Shown here in pieces: positions 49,421 through 61,543 of a stretch of DNA of 64,000 nt. A program made the position numbers and the translations under genes. Origin of the DNA: Orbicella franksi (lineage: Eukaryota); contig OZ116698.1 in assembly GCA_964199315.1 (NCBI GenBank), positions 7,006,001 through 7,070,000 of the forward strand, written 5' to 3'. The notes below the pieces were generated by a model, which worked only from the letters and a program-made list of their open reading frames with translations, made no database searches and was not told the DNA's origin. Every line of letters starts with the position of its first letter. Position 1 is the first letter of the stretch.

Positions 49421-51852
49421 AATGTCAAGGAAAAAGTTCTAGGGCTTCTAGAGCCCCTTTAACTTCATAGTATAATCCCTGGGTTTTAGTAGCTTTAGGT
49501 GTGTAGGGAACCTATAAATGGAGGGAGGGGCTTATATCAAGAACACCTTGTATCCGGTATCAAACATTTATAAGGGAACCTATATTCAAGTGGGGATAAT
49601 AAATGACCGGAATAGTTTTTCTTTTGGGATACAGATGGGCCTACAAATCCTCGCTGGGTGGGAAGGGGGGGGGGGGGGAAGGAGGAGGGAGAGGGGTGGG
49701 TTGGTGGAGAGGTTTTAACCTCGGGGCCTTATAATTCATGATCAATAAAAGGACAGACGCATGAAAAACTGATGTCAATTTGTTAAGCGCACAGGAGGAT
49801 GAAGGGATATTGTATATCAATGTGGGTTTAATCGTTACGATGAACGATATCCCTTCTCTCACAGGCAGGGTGTGCACCGAATGTAGCCTGTAACCCAAAT
49901 AGTTTAAAATATCTATCTACAATAAAGAGTTTGGACTTCGATTCAATCTTTATCTCAAAAGGGAGACTTTTAACTTTCTCTTGGACAAAGTGATGAAAGT
50001 GCTGCAATTTGATGAAATGTTTAAAGATGTTTTGAGACTACTTATTATAACTTTGCAAACAAGTCTTACCCATGCTTATTGAGATGGTGTTGTGGTGATC
50101 ACGCCGCAGAAATGGTCAAGTTTAATTTTACAACAATCAAAATTGGGCACGATGGTTAGTTTCCTTATAGACGATTTTAAATATCAGCAAAAACTGCTTC
50201 TATAGGGTTAAATAGCACATAATCAAACACAAATAGCAAACTCTCACTGAGTGAAGTTCGAGTATTAGTTTATCATACTGGGCTAGCTATAGAAACAATG
50301 TCCCCTCTGATTATCGAAACTTCTCTTTGCTAACTTCCATATATAATATATCGCGGAATGACCCAAAATATGCAATTAAATTGCATAAAACGTTTTTAAA
50401 GAGCAAAACTTATCAACCATTAAGTTGATAACTTGAAATTTTTTTAAGAACGCAGGTTTTTAGTTGAAGAATGAATATCAGGAGCACAGGGCATCGATGA
50501 AGTTTGTTTAGTGAAAGTATGTCAAAATATTACCATTCTGGTGTCAATTTTTAACTCGTTATTTTTTCTGTGCACTAGATGTTTTACTGATTGCTTTACT
50601 CGTATATTTGTCTTTGTATCATCTGCAAAATAGTAACTGAGTTTATAGCAAGCTACTGGTGTTGCTTAATAAAAAAAACTATATATCAGTCCGGATTCTG
50701 TTCCTTCTAGCCAAAAACAGACCATATTTTCCTCTAATTTTCGTAAAGGAACATGCATAATTAGCAGATAATTTCAGATCGTGTGCAAGTATTCTCAATG
50801 GCTACACTCCTTCGATGATACACTTTTACATACAACTCAGCACTACACAAAAAAATGTCTTTGTTCATCAATTACATGTAGCAATCGCGAACTTCGAATT
50901 CGTTGATCCATGAAAACAGGTGCTTCACACAAATTATGTTTGCTCTTAACAAGAAGACGATTGAACAACAAACCGTGGTTTAGTCCTGGTATTCGATTTC
51001 ATTAATATTCAACGCGGACAGATGTTATGGTGGTATTCTCAACAATGAGACACCCTTGTGACAAAATATACAACTCTGCGATACACGCCTAGCACTGTTT
51101 TTCAATTAAATGTGACCGCCTTGAATTTCAATGTTGCCGAGAAATGCCCAACACAAGAAAGTATTTGTGATTGACAAGAAGATGATTGAACAACAAGCCC
51201 TAATTTATCAAACATTGACGCCAGTTAAGCTTGGTCAAAGTTTGAATCATAATCCTAATCTTAAGTCTTAATTTCTCGCTGTTACCATTTTTTTTTTTTA
51301 TTTAACTCTTATTAACTGGGTAGGAAGTCTGTATGGGAGAATTTTGACCGAGGTCGCGAGTACAGACCGAACGCAGTGAGGTCTGTACACACAACCGAGG
51401 TAATTTCAGATAGTTGATGGTAGTCTCACCATACACACCTGCGATACACTTTACAACTCGGCAATACACAAAAATGATGTTTTTGTTCATCAATTAAATG
51501 CAACAATCATGAACTTCGTTGCTGCTGTTAGGTGTTTCAGACAAATTATGTTTGCGCATGACGAAAAGACCATTGAACAATTTAGTCATAGTATTTGATT
51601 TCATTCTACTCGGTCAGATGTTACGGTGATATTCTCACCAAGGAAACATCTGTGACAAATTTTACAACTCGGTGCTACCCGCTTTGGTTTATTAATTAAA
51701 AGTGACGATGAATTTCAGAGTTGCCGAGAAATGCACAACACAGAAGTCTATTTCTGGTTGGCAAGATGATTGAACAAGGACTCGTAATTTATGAGTAGCA
51801 TATGGTTGTCACTAAATCATTAACTGTTTTATAATAACACTAAATCAGGCAA

Positions 51853-51943
51853 TATAAATAACTCGTCAGTTCAGCTTGTATTCAGTTGCAATTACTTCAG
51901 TGATCGAAGAAGTACTCTCTGCTGTTCACTAAACGCCAATAAG
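51853..51943 (+). promoter_or_regulatory. TATA box + Initiator + non-coding first exon, peptide gene copy 1
   Basis: TATAAATA 51853-51860; Inr TCAGTT with A at 51884 (31 nt downstream); the exon ends AAG|gtaaga at 51943. Confidence 0.75.
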
Positions 51944-52113
51944 GTAAGAAGAAAATTGAGGATCGCGTCATTTCTGTTCATTTTTTAATATGCTCAAAAA
52001 CATTCCTGTGTCCCATGAGTAAAACTTTCTCACTTAGAAACGAAAGTAATAACTGTTGACGGGTAAACAACAAATGTAATTATTATTATTTTCTTTTTAC
52101 ACAGTTTATCAAG

Positions 52114-53141
52114 ATGAACAAGTTTTGGATCGCAATTCTCTTGATGTTTGTTATTACATCTCTGTTGATCGATGACAGGTAATTTTCATAGCATCACGTA
52201 AACTGTAGATTCTCTCAGTTTTCTTCCTGAACCTTGGGTAATACTTTTCTTTTTAAAAAGAACTTCTTTAAACTCCGGATAAAAATCTGTAGAATGTCTT
52301 GGATAGAATGTACTGACAAAAATGAACTAATTTATAATTGGTCAAGAACGCAAGGACTTACTCCTTCTGTAGTTGCAAGTCAGGCCCACCTTAAAGATCA
52401 GCAAGTGCTAGATGTGGAACAATTAACGTCCTTGCTTAATGAACCATTTTAAAAAAAAGTATTAAGACTCAGTGGAAGGTCAAGCGCTATTCAGGATACC
52501 ACTGATTTCAAGAGGGATAAGATTAAAACGTTCGAGGTGACTTCGTCGTCTAATTTCAGACTAGAAAGGATAAAGGAGGACTTTACATTGTATGGTTTCT
52601 TTCTTTCAGGGGTAGTTTTAAGGGTTTCAATTTATCTTACCTTCGATTTTAAAATATTTCATTTTCTAACAAATGATTAAAAATAAACTGAAGGATTTTT
52701 ATTTATGAATTCGGAAGGAGTTTCTTTTCGTGTCGAATTTTGGATTTGTACTGTCTCCGTCTGTTTGTTTGGCAACCTGTGCTATTTTTTGTTACGATAG
52801 TTTCTATAGAGCTGTTTATGCGAAACCTTTTGAATCTGCTCCAGAAGCATATCACCTAGATCAAGGTGATAAGCTTATGATCTGCTCTTAACGCTTCTTA
52901 TCCGGCCAAATCTTAGATTTGCTGTAATCTATAGTTGTTGCTTTTATTTTTCAGTGACGCTTGGCGAAGACGGCGTCGACGGCGTCGTAATGGTAAGATG
53001 GACGAAAACGAGATGCCAGTCTCCGCAGATGTTAGCCAGGAGGAGATTCCAGAAAATGCTAAACAAAGCATCATTGACGCTCTTACTGATCAGGAAGATG
53101 AAGCAGAGGAATACGACATTCATCCAAAACACGCCATTTAA
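52114..53141 (+). CDS. Secreted poly-arginine peptide precursor, copy 1 (83 aa)
   Basis: Coding exons 52114-52178 and 52955-53141 (phase 2, AG|gtaatt...tttcag|T) give MNKFWIAILLMFVITSLLIDDSDA-WRRRRRRRRN-GK-MDENEMPVSADVSQEEIPENAKQSIIDALTDQEDEAEEYDIHPKHAI*. Kozak aagATG; AATAAA at 53268. Confidence 0.88.
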
Positions 53142-53689
53142 AAGAACTGCAGGACAATTTACACAAAGAATTGAAAATATCACGCACATCAAAACTTGAT
53201 CAAGCTTCCTTTATTTTAACTACCTTAATTTCAATTTTTGTTTGCAAATTGTTAGCATATATTTTGAAATAAATGGTTGATAAAGTGTTTTAATTGTTTG
53301 TTTTTGTTGTTTCTGTTTTCAATTCATCAAAACTTTAATAACAACAGTCGAAGTTACAACCCTCCCTTACAGGGCTAGTTGTTATGACACAATATGCAGT
53401 AAGAACTTACACCACTACATGAATACTATAACGAGGCCTTTCAAGATTTGGAAACCACTTAAAACTATCTTGAAAACACAGGCCTCGAGAGAAAAAAGTT
53501 TTTTATCGCCTATTTCCGACGGAAGTGGAAAGAAAATTTAAGAGCTGTGTCTTTGAGCTTCTTGTGTTGAAATTATATGACGAGCTGGTTGAAAAGTGGC
53601 GGTAAAATGTGTAGCGAAATAACAAAACTAGCCGTTTAAAGTTGGGTTTTACATTGAACTTTTTTTGTGTGCGATTTTTCAGGTGTCTC

Positions 53690-53810
53690 ACCGCTAGTTG
53701 GATTTGTTCTTGGTAGTCCCGAGTTCAACTCCTCGATCACGTTGTGTAAACTGAGCCAACTGGTCAACCTCACATCAGTTGGGATTCTTAATAGTTTAGG
53801 TTCTGTTTGA
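53690..53810 (+). mobile_element. 5'-truncated SINE (family A) downstream of copy 1; matching copy at ~59130-59240 in unit 2
   Basis: ctagttggatttgttcttggtagtcccgagttcaactcctcg...agccaactggtc...cagttgggattcttaa matches the body of 33751-33945 and 27391-27623. Confidence 0.65.
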
Positions 53811-54180
53811 AATATTCGTTTATTCATTTACAATGTCCCCAATTACCACAACAGTGCTAAATACATTTGATGCTTCAATAAAGTTATTGGTTTATTTTAT
53901 CTTATTTTTATTTAGCGTGTGGTTTGTTTTTGAAGTGGTCTGGTTGGTTACGGTATTATATTCTCGATGTTTGTGTGAATGATTTAGTTAGAACGAATAT
54001 ACACTGCACTATCGTTGTACCTGAGCGGTTTTCTGTTTCAATAAAAGTGTGCCTGTACATTACCTTGTAAGGTTTTGTTTGAGTCCATTTGTCGATCGAG
54101 GAAGAGAATTTTCAGTGGTGAGTCAAGGCAATACTATCACCGAGAAAGTCGTCAAGGAGAGGATTGTTTTCATGAGGTAA

Positions 54181-54612
54181 ACTGGAGACGACTTTCTCGG
54201 TGATTTCAAGGACGAGTTGGGAGAAGACGACTTCATCACTGAATTTGCGTCCGCGGGACCGAAAAATTATGGTTACCTCACGAAGAAAGAAAAAGAAGAA
54301 TGCAAAGTGAGGGGAATCTCTTTAAACAGTGAAGGTAGCAAGCAGTTAAATTATCAAGTGTTGCGGCAAAATGTTTTAGACGAAATTCAACGCCCTCTCG
54401 AGAAAACGCGACAAACTGATATTTACAAGCCTTATCACATCGTCCGAAACTCCAAAGAGTACTCACTGACCACAGTCTCTCAGACGAAAAAGTACCAGCT
54501 TGTGTACGAAAAACGAGTGATAGATCCCTACACCTTCAAAACATATCCCTATGGCTATGAAAGAATAACAAATGAGGACGTGGACATGATTGAACTGTTG
54601 TGCCATTTGTAA
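54181..54612 (+). pseudogene. C-terminal fragment of a Polinton/Maverick (adintovirus-type) protein-primed family B DNA polymerase
   Basis: Frame reads TGDDFLGDFKDELGEDDFITEFASAGPKNYGY...CKVRGISLN...LNYQVL...KKYQLVYEKRVI...TYPYGY. The EF.S.GPKNY.Y, KVRG..LN and YPYGY motifs are typical of Polinton polB C-termini. 5'-truncated, no start. Confidence 0.85.
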
Positions 54613-54939
54613 ACGCTTTTGTAAATAGTTTCATTCATAAGTTGAGCGCAATCCACTAGGGAGTTGCACACGGCTCTGACCTGTAATTTTAGGGAAACAT
54701 TTGATATTAAAGTTAATGGTTAACTTTAAAATTGCGTGATTACTTTGTTTATGTTACAAACCAGGCTTTTTACTCGGTCAACACGGAAACGAGATTAATG
54801 ACGTCAAAGGGGCGGGGCTTCTGGTTACCATGGATACGTCAAACTCGAGAAAACAATAGAACTCCTTTCCATAACAATACTTTTTCATTTGCATCACAAT
54901 ACCTGTCAAATCCGTACTGGACTAGCCCATACCACTACT
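54181..54939 (+). mobile_element. Right-hand end of a Polinton/Maverick (polB 3' end + probable TIR ending ACTACT)
   Basis: After the polB stop come ~330 bp of non-coding DNA ending ...ccataccACTACT at 54939, directly abutting host sequence cccagtctttt that also occurs at 60125. ACTACT is the complement of the AGTAGT Polinton terminus. Confidence 0.65.
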
Positions 54940-56161
54940 CCCAGTCTTTTGGTTCAAATCACCTACACACTGGAGAGTGAGGGGATATTGATTGTTCACC
55001 AACGTCGGTTTAATTGTTGCGGTGAACAATATCCCTTCTCCCATGCCACCGGGTGTACAAGTAATTTGGCCTGTAACCAAAATACTTTAAAATATCTTGC
55101 TATAATAAAGTGTTCGGACTTCGATCTAACATTTTTTTCAACAGTGAGACTTAAAATCTTCCGCCCTCAGACAAAATAATAAAAGTGCTGCATTTTAATG
55201 AAATGTTTGGAGATATTTCGAGACTGCTTATTATAACTTTGCAAACAAGTCTTACCCATTCTTAACATACGAGTTTACTAAAAATAACTCTTGGTTTGCG
55301 TAATGAGTCATTCACCAGTAGCGTAATATTTTAGTTATTAAAGATGGTGTTGTGGTAATCACGCCATGCAAATGGACAATTAAGAAAAAAAAAAAAACCA
55401 CAATTGTACAGGATGGTTAGTTTCATTGTTGATGGCGATTTTAAACGCCAACAAGAACTACCTCTAAAATAGCAGGTTAACTGGCATGCATAATCAAACA
55501 AAAAGAGCAAACTCTCGCAGAGCGAAGTTCAAGTATTAGTTTACCACACTGGGTTAGTTATAGAAACAGTGTCCCCCTCCCCTGACAATCGAAATTTCTC
55601 TTTCCCAACTTCTGTAATATATCGCCAAATGTCACAAATTATGCTATTAAATTGAAGAAAACGTTTTTACAGAGCAAAACAGAACAACCATTTTCTTGAA
55701 GAATGAAGAACCGTAGTGCAGGGACTGAAGTGATTTGTCAATGAGATTTGTTTAGTGAAAGTACGTCAAGAAATTACTGGTGTCAATTTTAAGGTCATTA
55801 GTTTTCTTCCGTCTTACTCGATATTTTACTGATTGCTTTACTCGTGTATTTTTTTTTTTTCGTATTGTTTGCAAATTAATCAAGCTTATAGGAAGCTGGT
55901 GCTCTTAAAACATTAAAAACACGATATATCATCCAGGAATCTGTTCCTTGTACTGAACAAATAACAGGCAACTGATTTTCCTCTATTTTTCGTAAAGGAA
56001 CATCTACCTTTAGCAGATAATTTCAGACAGTGCACAAGTACTCTCACTGGCGACGCTTCTACGATACGCTTAACAACTCGGTAACTACACAAAAATGTTT
56101 TTGTTTATCAATCACATGTACAAATCACGAACTTTCTGCGACAAGACAGGTGCTTCACGCG

Positions 56162-56364
56162 AATAGAACTTTTTAGTTCGGGCGTTTTGTTGTCCCATTT
56201 CCGACCATGAGATGATGCTCTTGAGAAATCTCGCTTTACAATTTTCAAATTGTCCCGTGGATATAAATGAAGCATTCTGTTTTAGATGGATAAAAGAACA
56301 ATTCCCTAGAGAATATAACGTGGTCTGAAATGGGAAAACAACCGCCCAAGCTAAAAAGTCTATT
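56162..56364. mobile_element. MITE unique to array unit 2 (upstream region)
   Basis: ~45-bp imperfect TIRs aatagaactttttagttcgggcgttttgttgtcccatttccgacca / tggtctgaaatgggaaaacaaccgcccaagctaaaaagtctatt; absent at the homologous site in unit 1 (~50930). Confidence 0.75.
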
Positions 56365-57100
56365 ATGTTTGCGTTTAGAACGACAAGACTATGAAACAAC
56401 AAACTTTTGTTTAGCCCAAGCATTCGATTCCATTGTACTCAAACAGATGTTATGGTGGTATTCACGCCAACGAGGCACCAGTGTCAAATTTTACAACTCA
56501 GGGCTACACGCTTTGATTTATCAATTAAAAGTGACTATCTTGAATTTCAATGTAGCCAAGAAATTCACAGCACAAGAGAGTATTTGTGCTTGACAAGAAC
56601 ATGACTGAAATATACGTCTTTGTTTGATAATTTCAGATGGGTAATGGTAGTCTCAGAAGAGACACACCTGCGATACGCTTTACAACTCGGCACTACACAA
56701 GAAAGATGTTTATGTTCATCAATTAAATGCAACAATCACGAACTTCGTTGCTGCCGTCAGGTGTTTCACGCAAATTATGTTTCCCCTCGACGAAAAGGCC
56801 ATTCAACAACAAGCCATATTTAGTCTAAGTATACGATTCCATTTTACTAGGTCAGATGTTATGGTGGTATTCTCACCAACGAGGCACTTGTGACAAATCA
56901 TGTTACAACTCGGTACTACACGCTTTGATTTATCAATTAAAAGTGACCATCTTGAATTTCAAAGTTGCCGAGAAATGAACAACACAGAAGACACTTTCCC
57001 TTCAGCAAGAAGATGTTTGAACAAGGACTCATAATTTACCAGTAGCAGATAGCTGTCACCAAATCATTAACCGTTATATAACAACACTAAACTCAGGCAT

Positions 57101-57191
57101 TATAAATAACTCGTCAGCTCAGCTTGTACACAGTTGAAATTACTTCAGTGATCGAAGAAGTACTCTCTGCTGTTCACTAAACGCCAAGAAG
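57101..57191 (+). promoter_or_regulatory. TATA box + Initiator + non-coding first exon, peptide gene copy 2
   Basis: TATAAATA 57101-57108; Inr variant ACAGTT with A at 57132 (31 nt); donor AAG|gtaaga at 57191. Confidence 0.72.
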
Positions 57192-57357
57192 GTAAGAAGA
57201 AAATTGAGTATCAAGTGATTCCGTTTTTCTTAATCTCCTCAAACATTCCTGTGTCTCATGAGTAAAACTTTCTCACTTTAGAAATGAAGGTAATAACTGT
57301 TGGCGGGTAAACATCAAAATGTAATTGTTATTTTATTTTTATACAGAGTTTATCAAG

Positions 57358-58583
57358 ATGAGCAAGTTTTGGATCGCAATTCTCTTGATGTTTGTTGTTG
57401 CATCTCTGTTGATCGATGACAGGTAATTTTCATAGCATCGCTTAAACGGTAGATTCTCACAGTTTTCTTCCTAAACCTTGGGTTAAACGTTTCTCTTTAA
57501 AAGAATTTCTACCTTAAACTCCAGATAAGGATTTGTAGAATGTGCTGTATAGCATGCACTGACAATAATGAACTAATAAGTAATCGGTCAGGAACGCAAG
57601 GACTTACTTTCGTAGTTCAACCCACGTCCTTACTTAATGAACCATTTTAATAACGTATTAAGACTCACTTGAAGGTCAAGCGCAGTCCGGGCTACCACTG
57701 AAAAGGGAAAGGGATAAGATTAGAAAGGGTCGTGGTGATTTCAGACTAGAAAGGATAAAGGAGGACTTTACATTGTATGGTTTTTCTCTTTCAGGGGTAG
57801 TTTTAAGGGTTTCAATTAATCTTACATTCGATTTTAAAATATGTCATTTTCTAACAAATGGTTAGAAAAAAACTGAAGCTCTTGTTATTTATAATTTCTG
57901 AAGGAGTTTCTTTTCGTGTCGAGTTTTGGATATGAACTGTCTCTCTCTCTGTTTGGCAACCTGTGCTTTTTTTTGCTACGATAGTTTCTATAGAGGGTGG
58001 TAAAGGGGGGGGGGGGGGGTATAGATCACGTTTCACGGAAAATAAAGCAGCCCTTTCACAATTCACGAAAAATACAACATTGGCAGTTTACGCTTCACGG
58101 AAAAGAAAAGAGAACGTTTTGGAAAATCACGGCTCACGGCAACTATGGATATCACGATTCACGAGGAAAAAAAATGGCATTTCACATTTCACAGGAAATA
58201 AAATGGGCCGATCACGGGTCACGAAAGTACCCTTTACCGACCCTCTCTATAAAGCTGTTTATGCGAAACCTTTTGAATCTGTTCCAGAAGCATATCACCT
58301 AGATCAAGGTGATAAGGTTATGATCTGCTCTTGATGCTTCTTAACCGGCCAAATCTTAGATTTGTTGTAATCAATAGTTGTTCCTTTTATTTTCAGTGAC
58401 GCTTGGCGAAGACGGCGTCGACGTCGTCGTAATGGTAAGATGGACGAAAACGAGATGCCAGTCTCCGCAGATGTTAGCCAGGAGGAGATTCCAGAAAATG
58501 CTAAACAAAGCACTATTGACGCTCTTACTGATCAGGAAGATGAAGCAGAGGAATACGACATTCATCCAAAACACGCCATTTAA
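57358..58583 (+). CDS. Secreted poly-arginine peptide precursor, copy 2 (83 aa)
   Basis: Coding exons 57358-57422 and 58397-58583 give MSKFWIAILLMFVVASLLIDDSDA-WRRRRRRRRN-GK-MDENEMPVSADVSQEEIPENAKQSTIDALTDQEDEAEEYDIHPKHAI*. AATAAA at 58710. Not shown in the ORF track. Confidence 0.88.
57993..58245. mobile_element. 253-bp MITE in intron 2 of peptide copy 2
   Basis: TCTATA|gagggtggtaaaggg ... ccctttaccgaccctc|TCTATA; the empty site tttctatagagctg is present in copies 1 and 3; about 13 internal TCAC(G) repeats. Confidence 0.85.
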
Positions 58584-61285
58584 AAGAACTGCAGGACAAT
58601 TTACACAAAGAACTGAAAATATCACGCACATCAAAACTTGATCAAGCTTCGTTTATTTTAACTACCTTAATTTCAATTTTTGTCTGCAAATTGTTAGCAT
58701 ATGTTTTGAAATAAATGGTTGATAAAGTGTTAATTGTTTGTTTCTGTTGTTTCTGTTTTCAATTCATCAGAAATTTAATAACAACAGTCGAAGTTACAAC
58801 CCTCCCTCACAGGGCTAGTTGATATGACACGATATGCAGTAAGAACTTACACCACTATATGAATACTATAACGAGGCCTTTCAAGATTTGGAAGCTACTT
58901 AAAACTATCTTGAAAACACAGGCCTCGAGAAAAAAAGTTTTTTATCGCCTATTTCCGACGGAAGTGGAAAGAAAATTTAAGAGCTGTGTCTTTGAGCTTC
59001 TTGTGTTGAAATTATATGACGAGCTGGTTGAAAAGTGGCGGTAAAATGTGTAGTGGAATAACAAAACTAGCCGTTTAAAGTTGGGTTTTACATTGAATTT
59101 TTTTGTGTGCGATTTTTCAGGTGTCTTACCGCTAGCTGGATTTGTTCTTGGTAGTTCCGAGTTCAACTCCTCGATCGGGTTGTGTAAACTGAGCCAACTG
59201 GTCAACTTCCCACTAGTTGGGATTCTTAATAGTTTAGGTTCTGTTTGAAATATTTGTTTATTCTTTTACAGTGTCCCCAATTACCACAACAGTGCTAACT
59301 ACATTTGACATTTATATAAAGTTATTGGTTTATTTTATTTTATTTACCTTGCGGTAATAATCTGGTTTTCGGAAGAGGTTTGGTTTGTCATAATATTATA
59401 TTTTCGATGTTTGTGTAAATGATTTAGTTAAAACGAATACCCACTGCATTATCGTTGTATCTGAGATGTTGTCTGTTTCAATAAAAGTGTAGCTGTACAT
59501 TATCTTGTAAGGTTTTTTTTTTGAGTCCATTTGTCGAGGTAGAGAATGAGTCCTGAGTCACTGAGGCAATGCTATCCTGGTTTGAAAAATTCTCATTAAC
59601 ATGGTTTACTGCCATGAACAGATAACCGTTAATCCGCAAGTCATAATTATCAAGTTGAATCAATAGACAGCGCAATTAATGTAAACTTAAATGATAACGT
59701 AAATACCTCCAACTGTTAAAGTCTAGAATACAATACGTGTCGTTGATTGATGTGCTTTCCCTTTATATAGTATTTTACCATGTCTTACCTGGGATAAAAT
59801 AATCTGAAAATTGGGCTTACGAATTAAGGTTGTAGTTGTGATTACTGTTAGGGTTAGGATTTTTGCTGAACTTGGAAACTCGGATCATGGAGCATCAAAG
59901 GAACTGAAGAATCTTTGCCCAGAGTGGATTCTCCGAGCGATCTTGGATTAATTTGTTTAGTAAAGAAACGCAAAATCCGTTTTTGCATTTTAGAATCCAA
60001 TCTTGGATTTTCTTAGAGAAACGCATCCTTTGAGTTGGGGTTATGTAAGGATACCGCTGGTGTACGAGCTTATTATCGTTGACTGTACGTTACGTTCAAC
60101 GCTTTTTTGAAAATGGCTTGGTCACCCAGTCTTTTTGTTCAAATCACCTACACACGGGAGGGTGATGGGATATTGATTGTTCACTCAGGTAGGTTTAATT
60201 GTTACGATGAACAATATCCCTTCACCCATGCCACCTGGTGTATGCATAATTTGGCCTGTAACATGGTAACCCAAATACTTTAAAATATCTGGCTATGATA
60301 AATTGTTCGGACTTCGATTTCATCTTTTTTTCTTTTTCAGAAGGAGACTTTAAACTTTCTCTCGGACAAAACTTATGATAAAAGTGCTGCATTTTAATGA
60401 AATGTTTGAAGATATTTCGAGACTACTTATTACAACTTTGCAAACAAATCTTGCCCATTCTTAACATACGAGTTTACTAAAAATAACTCTTGGTTTGCGC
60501 AATCAGTCATTCACCAGTAGCGTGACATTTTGGTTGTTAAAGATGGTGTTGTGGTAATCACGCCATACAAATGGACAATTAAAGAAACAACCACAATTGG
60601 ACATCATGGTTAGTTTCATTATTGGTGGCGATTTTAAACGTCGAAAAAAAACTACCACTAAAATAGCAGGTTAACTTGCATGCATAATAAAAAAAAAAAA
60701 AAAATTAGCAAACTCTAGCAGAGCGAAGTTCGATTATTAGTTTACCATACTGGGTTAGTTATAGAAACAGTGTTCCCCCTGACAATCGAAGCTTCTCATT
60801 CCCAACTTCTGTAATATATTGCCAAATGTCACAAATTGTGCTATTAAATTGGATAAAAAGTTTTTACATAAGTGCAGGGACGGAAGTGATCTGTCAGTGA
60901 GATTTGTTTAGTGAAAGTACGTCAAAATATTGTCATTCTGGTGTAAATTCATTTCACGCAAATCATGTTTCCCCTTGACGAAAAGGCCATTCAACAACAA
61001 GCCATATTTGGTCTAAGTATACGATTCCATTCTACTAGGTCAGATGTTATGGTGGTATTCTCACCAACGAGGCACCTGTGACAAATTTTACAACTCGGTA
61101 CTACACGCTTTGATTTATCAATTAAAAGTGACTATCTTGTATTTCAAAGTTGTTGAGAAATGCACAACACAGAAGAAGCTTTCTGGTCGGCAAGAAGATG
61201 ATTGAACAAAGACTCATAATTTACCAGTAGCAGATGGTTGTCACCAAATCATTAATCGTTATATAACAACACTAAACTCAGGCAA

Positions 61286-61376
61286 TATAAATAACTCGTC
61301 AGCCCAGCTTGAACTCAGTTGAAATTACTTCAGTGATCGAAGAAGTACTCTCTGCTGTTCACTAAACGCCAAAAAG
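61286..61376 (+). promoter_or_regulatory. TATA box + Initiator + non-coding first exon, peptide gene copy 3
   Basis: TATAAATA 61286-61293; Inr TCAGTT with A at 61317 (31 nt); donor AAG|gtaaga at 61376. Confidence 0.75.
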
Positions 61377-61543
61377 GTAAGACGAAAATTGAGTATCAAG
61401 TCCTTTCTGTTTTTTGCTTATTCTGCTCAAACATTCCTGTGTCCCATGAATAAAACGTTCTCACCTTAGAACTGAAGGTAATAACTGTCGACGGATAAAC
61501 ATCAAATGTAATTGTTATTTTATTTTATACAGAGTTTATCAAG

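Noticed and set aside
52995-53000. G|GTAAG inside the Gly-Lys codons could be a splice donor making the acidic tail intronic
   Set aside because: GGT AAG produces this motif automatically. The downstream frame is open, acidic, near-invariant and followed by AATAAA in all three copies, and the only nearby acceptor (53680) leads into SINE sequence and is lost in copy 3. Minor use cannot be excluded without RNA-seq.
52944-53199. Overlapping ORFs in other frames or antisense, repeated in all three units (MTLGEDG..., MMCVIFS...)
   Set aside because: These are shadows of the near-identical real exon, with non-ATG or weak starts and no promoter or splice support.
54181-54612. Domesticated functional polymerase gene
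   Set aside because: Only the last ~140 codons remain, preceded by an in-frame stop, with no start codon or upstream catalytic motifs.
50760-57000. Regularly recurring motifs that might suggest a CRISPR-like array
   Set aside because: The repeats are long diverged duplications in a eukaryotic context, with no constant repeat/unique spacer pattern and no cas genes.
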